From a bacterium (GTDB lineage: Bacteria > Electryoneota > RPQS01): DNA of 64,000 nt. The DNA is taken from contig JAHDVH010000002.1 in the NCBI GenBank assembly GCA_023382385.1, forward strand, positions 4,957 through 68,956, in the 5' to 3' direction. The notes under the pieces are model-generated. The model saw nothing but the letters and a program-made list of their open reading frames with translations, had not been told where the DNA came from and made no database searches. Shown one piece after another: positions 19,803 through 28,211 of the stretch. Position 1 is the first letter of the stretch, and each line of letters opens with the position of its first letter. Position numbers and translations under genes: made by a program.

Positions 19803-20993
19803 CTATGTCTGATTAAGACGTTCCGAGCGATTCATCGCAAGAGCGAAGAAACCGATCGCGGACAGCAGGCCGAAGAATGAACCGACGAAGAAGGGTGCGG
19901 AGGTCGAGACGTTGTCCCATAACCACCCTGCCATCATGCTTGCAAGAAACACAATAACCCCGGTTATCATGCCAAATACTCCGAGAGCGGTAGCACGCAC
20001 ATGCTTGTCCACAACGTTACTGATGAGTGCTCTAAACACCCCTTCGGTAAGCGCGGCAAAGAGCCCATACAGTATGAACAGCGGAAACACGACCCACGGT
20101 TCCCGCAGGAGCGCAAAGCCAAGGTAAACGAATGAATAGATCAAGAGTCCTGCTGCAAGCAGAAATTCCTTAGAGACACGGTCAGCGCGCCGCCCGATGG
20201 GGTAAGCAAAGAGTGAGTAGCAGGCATTGAAGCCCAGATAAGCCAGTAATACCTGTGACGTTGGAAGTCCTGTGTGCTTGCTCTTCAATATGAGGAATGC
20301 GTCGCTGCTGAAACCGAGGTAGCCGATTGCCGCAATAATTACAATTCCCCAGTAACGTTTGCCAAACTTCACGCACGCAGCCGGTTCTCCGGATCTTGCA
20401 GGTACTTCACGCCGCGTCTCGCGTATCTGAAGAATCAGGAGTACACCCAAAAGTGCGGGGATGAATGCAATCCAATAGAGTGATCGTAATCCACTCTGAT
20501 CGGCAGTACCCAGAGATTGCAGCAATACAAGTGAAATCGCGACCCCGCTCAATGCACCCGCCGTATCTAACGCACGATGCAAACCAAAGGCCCTGCCTCG
20601 AATTTCGGGCGGCGTCAAGTCGGCGATAAGTGCATCCCGCGCAGAACCGCGCAAACCCTTGCCAAAGCGATCGAGAACTCGTGCAAACAACACGAGCGGC
20701 CAGCCGATTGCGAGGGCAATGAGTGGCTTGGATACCGCAGACAGACCGTAGCCGACGAGGATAAAACGCTTACGCTTTTGAATTCGATCTGAATACCAAC
20801 CGCTGACTCCCTTAAGAATACTCGCGACTCCCTCGGCTGCTCCTTCAATCAACCCAACAACGCTTGCGGAGGCGCCGAGTACCATGGTCAAGAACAACGG
20901 CGTAACAGCATACAGCATCTCGCTGGAAACGTCCGTGAAGAAACTCACCCAGCCGAGACGTTTGACGTCCGGCGATAGTCGCTGTTCTCTCAT
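19803..20993 (-). CDS. MFS transporter
   Basis: About 12 hydrophobic segments. SFFTDVSSEM, GWYSDR, DRFGKGLR and RGRAFGLHRALDT. Confidence 0.92.
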   Translation of the reverse strand: MREQRLSPDVKRLGWVSFFTDVSSEMLYAVTPLFLTMVLGASASVVGLIEGAAEGVASILKGVSGWYSDRIQKRKRFILVGYGLSAVSKPLIALAIGWPLVLFARVLDRFGKGLRGSARDALIADLTPPEIRGRAFGLHRALDTAGALSGVAISLVLLQSLGTADQSGLRSLYWIAFIPALLGVLLILQIRETRREVPARSGEPAACVKFGKRYWGIVIIAAIGYLGFSSDAFLILKSKHTGLPTSQVLLAYLGFNACYSLFAYPIGRRADRVSKEFLLAAGLLIYSFVYLGFALLREPWVVFPLFILYGLFAALTEGVFRALISNVVDKHVRATALGVFGMITGVIVFLASMMAGWLWDNVSTSAPFFVGSFFGLLSAIGFFALAMNRSERLNQT

Positions 20994-21010
20994 TTCAGAT
21001 TAAAGACGTT

Positions 21011-22132
21011 CTACGCATTCTTCACACTCTCCTGAAACTCGTTGACAACGGACTCAGTGACCGCTTCAAAACTCTGGGTCTTCCGATAGATTGCTCTCTG
21101 GCGGTCGTAACTGCCGCCGCGATCTACAATCTTCATAATGTGCTGTAACTCGCGCAGACAGTTTTGTTGAACAGCAAACGGAGTGAGTGTGCGGACAAGC
21201 TTTTCAAGGTCGTCGCGCATATTTCGCGTCGTTCCATCGTCGGAGTGAACAATGTCGGCGTCGAGTCCCCAGCGAGTCGCACGCCATTTGTTTTCGCGGA
21301 TGAACCAGTATTTATGAATGGGCAGTTCTTCGCCATTGTCATAGAGTTCTTCAAGGTAACAAACCAGACACTGTGCCAAGGCGACCAGCGCGAGAACATC
21401 ATCGAGATCCGGCGTTGCATCACAGATTCGAATCTCTATGGTCCCGAACTTGGGATGAGGCCGCACATCCCACCAGATTTCCTGAATGGACTGAATCGCG
21501 CCGGCATGAATCAGTGTTTTCATAAAGCGCTGGAACTCCGCCCAGTTGAGCATTCGCTGGGGAAGTCCGGCGGTAGGCATGGCTTCAAAGACTTTGATAC
21601 GGCAGGAGGCAAGTCCTGTCTCTTCTCCCATGAAATAGGGCGACGCGGCAGAAACTGCGAGCAGGTGGGGCAAAAAGGTTGTCATGGCGTTGAAAATCGC
21701 GATTGCCTTCTCCGCGGTCTTTACACCGACGTGGACGTGAAGACCCATGATCATCGCACGTCGAGCAGGCCATTGCATTTTGTTAACGAGCGTCATGTAT
21801 CGCTGATTTTCTGTAATGGTCATGTCGTGCCAAAGCGCTGTGGGATGCGTTGCCACGAATGTCGTCGTCAACCCTAGCCTCTTCGCTGCCGCCTCAACAA
21901 TGAGAAACTTTTCAACTAGCTCGCGCTTGACATCAGCCACGGTTCGGCAAGGCGTCGTAATCACCTCGATTATGCACTGAAGCAGTTCGGGCTTTGCCCA
22001 GCCAACGTCGCCGAGTTCGGCCAAAAGTTCGGGAACCCGATTGACGACTTGTTTCGTCTTGGGGTCAAGCAGCAGGAGCTCACATTCAACGCCTAACGTA
22101 GGCTCAGGCGAACCATTGAAAATCAATGCCAT
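21011..22132 (-). CDS. ybdK: YbdK-type carboxylate-amine ligase (glutamate-cysteine ligase family 2)
   Basis: TLGVECE, GLHVHVG, WWDVRPHPKFGTIEIRICD and ENKWRATRWGL. Confidence 0.93.
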   Translation of the reverse strand: MALIFNGSPEPTLGVECELLLLDPKTKQVVNRVPELLAELGDVGWAKPELLQCIIEVITTPCRTVADVKRELVEKFLIVEAAAKRLGLTTTFVATHPTALWHDMTITENQRYMTLVNKMQWPARRAMIMGLHVHVGVKTAEKAIAIFNAMTTFLPHLLAVSAASPYFMGEETGLASCRIKVFEAMPTAGLPQRMLNWAEFQRFMKTLIHAGAIQSIQEIWWDVRPHPKFGTIEIRICDATPDLDDVLALVALAQCLVCYLEELYDNGEELPIHKYWFIRENKWRATRWGLDADIVHSDDGTTRNMRDDLEKLVRTLTPFAVQQNCLRELQHIMKIVDRGGSYDRQRAIYRKTQSFEAVTESVVNEFQESVKNA

Positions 22133-22315
22133 AGGGAAATAGTGGGTGGGAATTTAGCAGGATTAGGATACAGGAAAGATACGGAAACACTCCGCTGAAT
22201 TCAACGGTTTTCCATGAGAATTATCATTTGCGCGGATGCCAGAATGCTTCTCTTTCCATTGGTACAGGAAATTGCTATATTTTAGGTTATCCACAATCCG
22301 GTCTCGCGCTCATCA

Positions 22316-23752
22316 ATGCCACAATTCAGCTTAAGAAGCATTTTCCCCGTTCCGGCGCACGAACTATTCGAGTGGCACATGAGGATCGGCGCTTTGGAAC
22401 GGTTGACCCCGCCGTGGTCCGCGATAAAGGTCACGTGGGGCGACGAACATGTCCGCGAAGGAAGTCGCCGTGAACTCTCTGTCCCGGCAGGTCCGTTTCG
22501 CACAAAGTGGCTTGCCAAGCATCATAGCGTAATCGAGGGACAGCAGTTCATTGACGAACAGGAACACGGACCGTTTCGGAAATGGGCACATTTGCACAAG
22601 TGCACGGATCTTGGAGACGGCAGAAGCGAGCTTGAGGATAGGATCGACTTCGAGTATCCCCTTGGCAGGTTCGGCGAGCTGTTGGGGAGGCGTCAGGTCT
22701 ATTGGATGCTAAATACGGCATTCCCCTGGCGACACGAACGGACTTGGCTTGATCTGTCAAGACATGCCGAGTTCGCTGGCAGGCCGCGCTTGAAAGTGGC
22801 AATTACCGGTGCAACTGGACTCATTGGGTCAAGCCTGAAGAGCTTCTTGACAACCGGCGGCCATGAAGTCTATTCGATAGTCAGAAAGAAGGGCATCGAA
22901 GGAAGTATCTTCTGGGATCCGCGGCGGGGAGAAATCGAGTCCGACAAGCTCGAAGGCTTGGACGCCGTTGTGCATCTTGCGGGCCGAAGCATCGCGGGGA
23001 GCCGTTGGACAGAATCCGCAAAGCGCGAGATTATGGACAGTCGTGTGCAAGGCACAACACTTATCGCCACGACGATTGCCAACTTGAAGCAGCCGCCGAG
23101 GGTTCTCATTAGTGCCTCCGGTATGGGAGTCTATGCCGAGTCTGATCTGCCCGTTGCAGAAGACGGGCCTCTGGGGACAAGTTTCACGGCCGACGTTGTT
23201 CGAGCCTGGGAAGCATCGGCCGATTCTGCCAGGCGGGCGGGGATCCGTGTCGTTCATCCCCGTATCTCGACGGTTGTTTCTGGCTGGGGTGGCATGCTGG
23301 GAAAGCTTCTACCTGTCTTCAAGTTCGGTTTTGGTGGACGGGTCGGGAGTGGGCGACAGGTGTTGAGTTGGATCCATCTTGATGACTTGGTTGCTGCTTT
23401 TTACAGAATGATCTACGATGACCGTCTGGCTGGTCCAGTAAATTGCGCATCCGGCACAGCGATTACAAATGCTGAATTTACAAATACTTTAGGGCGAGTT
23501 CTCTTTCGCCCAACACTTGCCTCTGTCCCAGAAACCATTGTAAATATTGCCTTTGGTGACATGGGCAGAGAACTACTGCTGAGTAGTCTTAATGTTCATC
23601 CAGCCATCCTGGAGAGTGCGGGCTTCAAGCCATGGTTTCCAGACTTGGAGAGTGCCCTGCGCTTCGAGACTGGCAAACCCCATGACCATTCACCTCCCTT
23701 CCACCCTACTCCTCTGCCACAAAGTGGAAGAAATGAGTATCTAATATCTTGA
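22316..23752 (+). CDS. TIGR01777 (YfcH-like) NAD(P)-binding oxidoreductase with N-terminal SRPBCC domain
   Basis: FEWH..GALERLTPPW and FIDEQEHGPFRKWAH (SRPBCC). TGATGLIG, VVHLAG, SRVQGT and SWIHLDD. Confidence 0.9.
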   Translation: MPQFSLRSIFPVPAHELFEWHMRIGALERLTPPWSAIKVTWGDEHVREGSRRELSVPAGPFRTKWLAKHHSVIEGQQFIDEQEHGPFRKWAHLHKCTDLGDGRSELEDRIDFEYPLGRFGELLGRRQVYWMLNTAFPWRHERTWLDLSRHAEFAGRPRLKVAITGATGLIGSSLKSFLTTGGHEVYSIVRKKGIEGSIFWDPRRGEIESDKLEGLDAVVHLAGRSIAGSRWTESAKREIMDSRVQGTTLIATTIANLKQPPRVLISASGMGVYAESDLPVAEDGPLGTSFTADVVRAWEASADSARRAGIRVVHPRISTVVSGWGGMLGKLLPVFKFGFGGRVGSGRQVLSWIHLDDLVAAFYRMIYDDRLAGPVNCASGTAITNAEFTNTLGRVLFRPTLASVPETIVNIAFGDMGRELLLSSLNVHPAILESAGFKPWFPDLESALRFETGKPHDHSPPFHPTPLPQSGRNEYLIS

Positions 23753-23879
23753 CCAGCGACGGCCTCCTCAGTTGCACGGCAGCGCAATGTTGCAGCACGG
23801 GATCTGGCGCGCGTGGCAGCAGGAATATCCTTTCGATTCAACATTTCCTTTTCAAAAAAATCCCAGCATGGAGAAGATG

Positions 23880-25742
23880 ATGAAACGCACGTGGTTGTTT
23901 CTAGTTCTGGCCGGTCTTTTGGCGAACAACGCATTCGCCGACAAGATCAAAATCGAGAAGCTCGATGATCTTCCTCGACACACATACAAGATTGACAAGA
24001 AGGTAGTCGACTTCCTTAAAGACGATGCCGCGATTCGGAAACTGGCAGCTGAAGTGAAGCGGGACATATTGTCGGATCTTGATACATATGAGATTTCCGA
24101 CAAATCGACGTTGCAGGGCATGTATGCAAATCTGGGCACCATTGCAATTATCGAAGGTGACTGGGCGCGTTACATCGAGCTGGTCAATAAGCGCATCGAA
24201 CTTGAGGACAAGGAGGCCGCGAGACACACGACCGCAATGATTGGTCGTGCCATTGCCAGCGCACAGTTAAAAGGTCAGGAAAACTACGACGCAAATCTCG
24301 CTAAGGAGATTCGTTCAATGCTGGCCGGCATGCCTTACGAAGTCGTGGAAGCGAACGTGAAGGCACAGAAGGGTGGTGCAGAGATGGCATCCGAAGCCCT
24401 GGTCATTGGTGGTCTGGATGCCAGTTTGCAGCCGCAGCTCGACAAGACCAACGGCGAGATGACGCAGGACAATGCCAACTCCTTGCTCGGACCGTATTTC
24501 TCACTGCGCTATTACATTCCCAAGAAAGAGATTTTCGTTGCAGCACTGACTGACTACATCGATTCGCACAAAGTGGAGAAGCAGGACATCTGGGCCGCGC
24601 GCAATTTCTCCTTGGATAAAGGCAAGAACTACAAGCCGGTCGTTTTGGCCGTTTGGGACTCAGGAGTGGACTGGAATATCTTCAGCCCGCTGAACCAGAT
24701 GTGGACAAACGAGAAGGAAATTCCCGGCAATAACAAGGATGACGACAACAACGGATTCGTCGATGACGTACACGGCATCGCCTTTGATTTGCACTCGAAC
24801 AAGGAGACTTCGATTCTCTATCCGATCGGCAAACAGAATATGGGCGATGAGAACCAGATGCGCCGTTGGATGAAAGGATTGGGTGACGTTCAGTCGGCGA
24901 TAGAGAGCGAAGAAGCCTCGGAAATCAAGCAACATTTGTCGACGTTGAAGCAGGAGGATGTTCAGCCATTCATTGAGAGTATTAGCCTTTACGGCAATTA
25001 CTGTCATGGGACTCATGTCGCTGGTATCGCGGCGGAAGGCAACCCCTATGTCCGCTTGATGGCCGCTCGTTTGACATTTGACCACCATATGATTCCTGAA
25101 CTTCCGACTGTCGAGCAGGCCACTAAGGATGCTGCGGCTTTGACTGAGGCGATCGAGTATTTCAAGAAGAACGGCGTGCGCGCGGTCAACATGAGTTGGG
25201 GCGGGTCGCTTCGTTCAATTGAAGACGCTCTGGAAACTCACAATGCAGGCGGCACGCCGGAAGAACGGAAGGCTCTGGCGCGGAAGATTTACACAATTGG
25301 CGACACTGCATTCAAGAATGCGATTGTCAATGCGCCTGACATTCTATTTATTACCAGCGCAGGCAACTCGAATATCGACAACGCTTTTGCCGAGTTCTAC
25401 CCCTCAAGCTACGACTTGCCGAATATCATTTCGATCGGCGCGGTCGATCAAGCGGGTGAGGAAACCAGCTTCACAAGCTTTGGCAAAGTTGACGTCTATG
25501 CAAATGGTTTCGAGGTGAATAGCTATGTGCCAGGGGGCACTCAGATGAAAATGAATGGGACCTCGATGAGCTCTCCTCAGGTGCTGAATCTTGTCGGCAA
25601 GCTGCTGGCCATAAAGCCCGACCTGAAACCGTCGCAATTGCGCGATCTCATTATTAATGGCGCCGACGAACGCAAGGCCGGTGACCGCTCGGTGAGGCTG
25701 ATGAATCCCAAGAAGTCGCTGGAACTCCTTGAACGCAGCTAA
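23880..25742 (+). CDS. Secreted S8 subtilisin-like peptidase with helical N-terminal region
   Basis: Signal peptide ending AFA. WDSGVD, HGTHVAG, SAGN and GTSMSSP. DDDNNGFVDD Ca-loop. Confidence 0.92.
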   Translation: MKRTWLFLVLAGLLANNAFADKIKIEKLDDLPRHTYKIDKKVVDFLKDDAAIRKLAAEVKRDILSDLDTYEISDKSTLQGMYANLGTIAIIEGDWARYIELVNKRIELEDKEAARHTTAMIGRAIASAQLKGQENYDANLAKEIRSMLAGMPYEVVEANVKAQKGGAEMASEALVIGGLDASLQPQLDKTNGEMTQDNANSLLGPYFSLRYYIPKKEIFVAALTDYIDSHKVEKQDIWAARNFSLDKGKNYKPVVLAVWDSGVDWNIFSPLNQMWTNEKEIPGNNKDDDNNGFVDDVHGIAFDLHSNKETSILYPIGKQNMGDENQMRRWMKGLGDVQSAIESEEASEIKQHLSTLKQEDVQPFIESISLYGNYCHGTHVAGIAAEGNPYVRLMAARLTFDHHMIPELPTVEQATKDAAALTEAIEYFKKNGVRAVNMSWGGSLRSIEDALETHNAGGTPEERKALARKIYTIGDTAFKNAIVNAPDILFITSAGNSNIDNAFAEFYPSSYDLPNIISIGAVDQAGEETSFTSFGKVDVYANGFEVNSYVPGGTQMKMNGTSMSSPQVLNLVGKLLAIKPDLKPSQLRDLIINGADERKAGDRSVRLMNPKKSLELLERS

Positions 25743-25761
25743 CGTATAATGCTGGAACCGC

Positions 25762-25790
25762 GAAGGGGCCGGTGATGCACCGGCCCCTTC
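25762..25790. terminator. Probable bidirectional terminator
   Basis: 13-bp inverted repeat gaaggggccggtg/caccggccccttc between convergent genes. Confidence 0.75.
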
Positions 25791-25813
25791 TGTTTGGCTG
25801 TCCTCCGGGATGG

Positions 25814-26503
25814 CTAAGAAAGGGCAAAGTCCACGGCTGCGGTTGCGTGGATCAGCGTTGTGTCGTATCCGATCACAGGGCACTCGGCCGGTTTGATGAG
25901 CAGAGGAATTTCCGTGCAACCAAGAATGATTCCCTGTGCTCCTTGTTCCTTTAGATCTTCCATGATTCTCACATAGGTTTGCTTGGTCTCTTCTTTGAAT
26001 AAGCCGAGTCCAAGTTCCTCAAAAATGGTGGAATGAATATAGTCGCGGGTTTGTTTGTCCGGAACCAGAGTCTGAATGCCGAATCTGGCGAGAATGTCTC
26101 GGTAGAATGGTTGTTCCAACGTAAACGATGTGCCGAGGAGTCCGACGCAGGAGTGCCGGTGTTTAAGGATCTCCTTCGCTGTGGCTTCGGCAATATGAAT
26201 CAATGGGATGCCAATAGCAGACCGCACTCCATCCGCAACGATATGCGGTGTATTCGCACACAAGAGCAGACCTTCCGCACCTGCCTGCTCAAGTTGGCGC
26301 GCTATCGGGACCAGAAACTTCTCTGACGACTCCCACCCGCCGGTTTGATTGTCTGAATAAAACTCGTGGAAATTCATCGAATGGAGGATCAACCTTGCAG
26401 AGTGTAATCCCCCGAGTCGTTCGTTGGTAATCTTGTTGATTAGTTTATAGTAGTCAAGCGTCGAGTGCCAGCTCGTCCCACCAATCAGACCAAGTGTTTT
26501 CAT
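25814..26503 (-). CDS. Aspartate/glutamate racemase family protein
   Basis: MKTLGLIGGTSW start. Two-Cys motifs CANTPH and LGCTEI. Confidence 0.92.
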   Translation of the reverse strand: MKTLGLIGGTSWHSTLDYYKLINKITNERLGGLHSARLILHSMNFHEFYSDNQTGGWESSEKFLVPIARQLEQAGAEGLLLCANTPHIVADGVRSAIGIPLIHIAEATAKEILKHRHSCVGLLGTSFTLEQPFYRDILARFGIQTLVPDKQTRDYIHSTIFEELGLGLFKEETKQTYVRIMEDLKEQGAQGIILGCTEIPLLIKPAECPVIGYDTTLIHATAAVDFALS

Positions 26504-26578
26504 CTGCAAACTTTCGTATTTTGAGATAGGTGAATCTAACGTCATGGCCAGACAAAGGCAAGTCAGAGGAGTAGATTT

Positions 26579-26995
26579 GTGAGGAAATTCATATTTGGCG
26601 GAGCCGATATCAAGTCGGGAGCCGCGAATCTCGGATTGTTGATTCTCCGGGTGTTCACTGGTCTCACCATGGCCATTGCACATGGCTGGGGGAAAACCCC
26701 ACCTTCCGAAAAATTCATCGAAGGCGTCGGCAAGATGGGTTTTCCGGTGCCCGAAGTCTTCGCATGGGCCGCAAGCCTCTCGGAATTCGGCGGTGGGCTG
26801 TTGCTCGCTCTTGGCTTGGCTACTCGCCCAGCGGCATTCTTCATTGCGTTTACGGTGGGCGTTGCTGGATTTGTCCGGCACGCCGATGATCCATTCGCGA
26901 CCGCCGAGAAAGCCTTTTTGTTCCTCGCCATTTCGGTAGCTTTCGTTTTCATCGGCGGCGGACGGTTCGCTTTGGACCGGAGTTTCTCCAAGTAA
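26579..26995 (+). CDS. DoxX family membrane protein
   Basis: LLILRV..G..M..HG..K, EFGGGLLLALGLATR and GGGRFALD. AGGAG before the GTG. Confidence 0.9.
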   Translation: MRKFIFGGADIKSGAANLGLLILRVFTGLTMAIAHGWGKTPPSEKFIEGVGKMGFPVPEVFAWAASLSEFGGGLLLALGLATRPAAFFIAFTVGVAGFVRHADDPFATAEKAFLFLAISVAFVFIGGGRFALDRSFSK

Positions 26996-27040
26996 TTCAG
27001 CGAGGTAGAGTCTGATTTCCAAAACGATGTGTTAGAGGAT

Positions 27041-27070
27041 AACAAGAGGCGGCCAAGGCCGCCTCTTGTT
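27041..27070. terminator. Probable bidirectional terminator
   Basis: Inverted repeat aacaagaggcggcc/ggccgcctcttgtt between convergent genes. Confidence 0.75.
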
Positions 27071-27101
27071 TCGTAATTTTACGAAATACTGCTCTCTTGG
27101 C

Positions 27102-27917
27102 CTACTGATTGCCAAGGATAATTGGCAAACCGTCCTTTCCCGAGCCCACTACCACGACCTTGGCATTTGTGGAAGTTGCTAATTTTTCAGTAGCTTCAAT
27201 CCCTTTCCAGCGGAGGAATGCATCACTAAGACCTTGAGAAACAATCTTCTGGAAATCGGCAATTCCTTGTGCTTCAATACGCTTCCGGTCGGCCTCTTGA
27301 GTTTCCTTGGTCAAAATGAACTCCATGCGCTGAGACTCTTGTTCAGACTGCAGCTTCTGTTCGATGGAGGCCATCAAATTTGAAGGCAGGCTAATCTGTC
27401 GGAGGGGAGTTGCTTCGATAGTGAGACCTCTTGGCTGGACGCTTGCCGCCAAGAGTGATTGTATCTGCTGGGCGAGGATTTCGCGCTCGGAAGTATATAG
27501 GGCGCGCGCCTCATAACCTGCTGTTACTCCACGAGTTACAGATCTGAAGTTAGGTTCGAGAATGATCTGACGATAGTTCGGTCCGACGGTCTTGTAAACA
27601 TCTGCAGCCATCTCCGGGTTCAAGTGGAACAGAACAGAGATTTCGAGCTGGACGGAAAGTCCCTCTTTTGAAGGAACTACCATGACTTCCTTGGCCTCCT
27701 GCGTCTTTACAGAGAACTTGTGAATGTTCGCAAGGGGATTTCTGAAATTGACACCCGGCTTCAGAGTCTGGTCCGACACCTTGCCGAAGAAGTCCACAAC
27801 CCCGACGTGTCCGGCCGGAATAATGACAAAACAACGCAAAACCAGCAGTAAAATGGTGATTCCGATGAAGATCTTCAGGAAATGGCCTGGGCCAAGCGTC
27901 GGGCGATAAGTCTGCAT
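27102..27917 (-). CDS. Prohibitin/SPFH (band 7) family protein
   Basis: N-terminal TM segment. IPAGHVGV, SKEGL, EADRKRIEAQGIADFQ and WKGIEAT. Confidence 0.92.
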   Translation of the reverse strand: MQTYRPTLGPGHFLKIFIGITILLLVLRCFVIIPAGHVGVVDFFGKVSDQTLKPGVNFRNPLANIHKFSVKTQEAKEVMVVPSKEGLSVQLEISVLFHLNPEMAADVYKTVGPNYRQIILEPNFRSVTRGVTAGYEARALYTSEREILAQQIQSLLAASVQPRGLTIEATPLRQISLPSNLMASIEQKLQSEQESQRMEFILTKETQEADRKRIEAQGIADFQKIVSQGLSDAFLRWKGIEATEKLATSTNAKVVVVGSGKDGLPIILGNQ

Positions 27918-28211
27918 GTCGTGCTCCTTTATGAAAGCTCTTGATAATTTATAAGATTGGGTCTCTTAAGATGGGGATTTTGGCGTGTAAAGGCAAACCT
28001 TCCCCACAGAGAGGAATTTCCGACTCAATTGGGGTCAATGTCGGTTTGTGTCGGAGCATCGCAACAGTTGAGAGTTGCGGGGATTATTTGTAAACTCTAT
28101 GTTTCGGGGCAACTATTGGTGGGACATTGGGCAGAAGCAATTCTACGGTTCCAATGCCGCACCCGAAGCGCTTGACTTGGATAACAGGTTATTGACTAAC
28201 AGAAGTGAGCC

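Noticed and set aside
26504-27022. N-terminal extension of the racemase ORF (402 aa in the track)
   Set aside because: It is the antisense shadow of the DoxX gene. Racemase homology starts at MKTLGLIGG (26503).
27920-28210. Riboswitch or sucA-type leader RNA upstream of sucA
   Set aside because: Only short hairpins are visible (ccgac/gtcgg, cgcaac/gttgcg) with no consensus I recognise. An Rfam search would be needed to support it.
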